A stretch of 64,000 nt of DNA from positions 124,001-188,000 of IMG/VR virus record IMGVR_UViG_3300030419_008158; one strand, given 5' to 3'. Below, in pieces: positions 64,000 through 64,000 of the stretch (the first letter of the stretch is position 1; each line of letters starts with the position of its first letter). The notes under the pieces were generated by a model. The model had not been told where the DNA came from, searched no databases, and saw nothing but the letters and a program-made list of their open reading frames with translations. The position numbers were made by a program, and so were the translations under genes.

Positions 64000-64000
64000 G

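Noticed and set aside
1-64000. Origin from a eukaryotic giant virus or a bacterial chromosome
   Set aside because: SD sites, coupled operons, sigma-like genes and fibre genes argue against an NCLDV. The absence of housekeeping genes and of glycan export genes argues against a cellular locus. Capsid and terminase genes are not in the window, so the phage call is an inference.

Overview
A gene-dense, AT-rich segment with almost all genes on the minus strand, linked by Shine-Dalgarno sites and ATGA/TAATG overlaps. It reads best as part of a very large (jumbo/huge) tailed bacteriophage genome; no rRNA, tRNA, CRISPR array or cellular housekeeping operon was seen. In transcription order (right to left) it has four blocks. 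(1) About 51.3-63.9 kb: an array of mostly unknown proteins sharing a basic-then-acidic leader (M[KR]I[TS]K[RK]QL[RK][RKQ]II[KRQL]E[EAM]) and/or an RWxKLAG motif. It includes two ParB/Srx-like DGHHR paralogues, a HAD protein, a Cys-rich/vWA lipoprotein and a 38-aa Cys-rich peptide that the ORF track missed. (2) About 38.7-51.3 kb: a trypsin-like protease, ClpP, a cytidylyltransferase, a DinG-like helicase, a YeaH-SpoVR-PrkA trio, a degenerate GroEL-like protein, an Hc1-like protein, a stand-alone sigma region-4 protein and PIN-PhoH. (3) About 26.2-38.7 kb: three modular Ser/Gly/Thr-rich fibre proteins. (4) About 1.3-26.0 kb: a glycan island with about 10 glycosyltransferases (including an adjacent GT11 + GT6 pair), gmd/fcl, and a transaldolase/RpiB/kinase/phosphatase/nucleotidyltransferase sugar pathway, followed by a phage-type sigma factor. 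Family calls come from motifs read by eye, not database searches. Several start codons were corrected from SD sites and gene overlaps.
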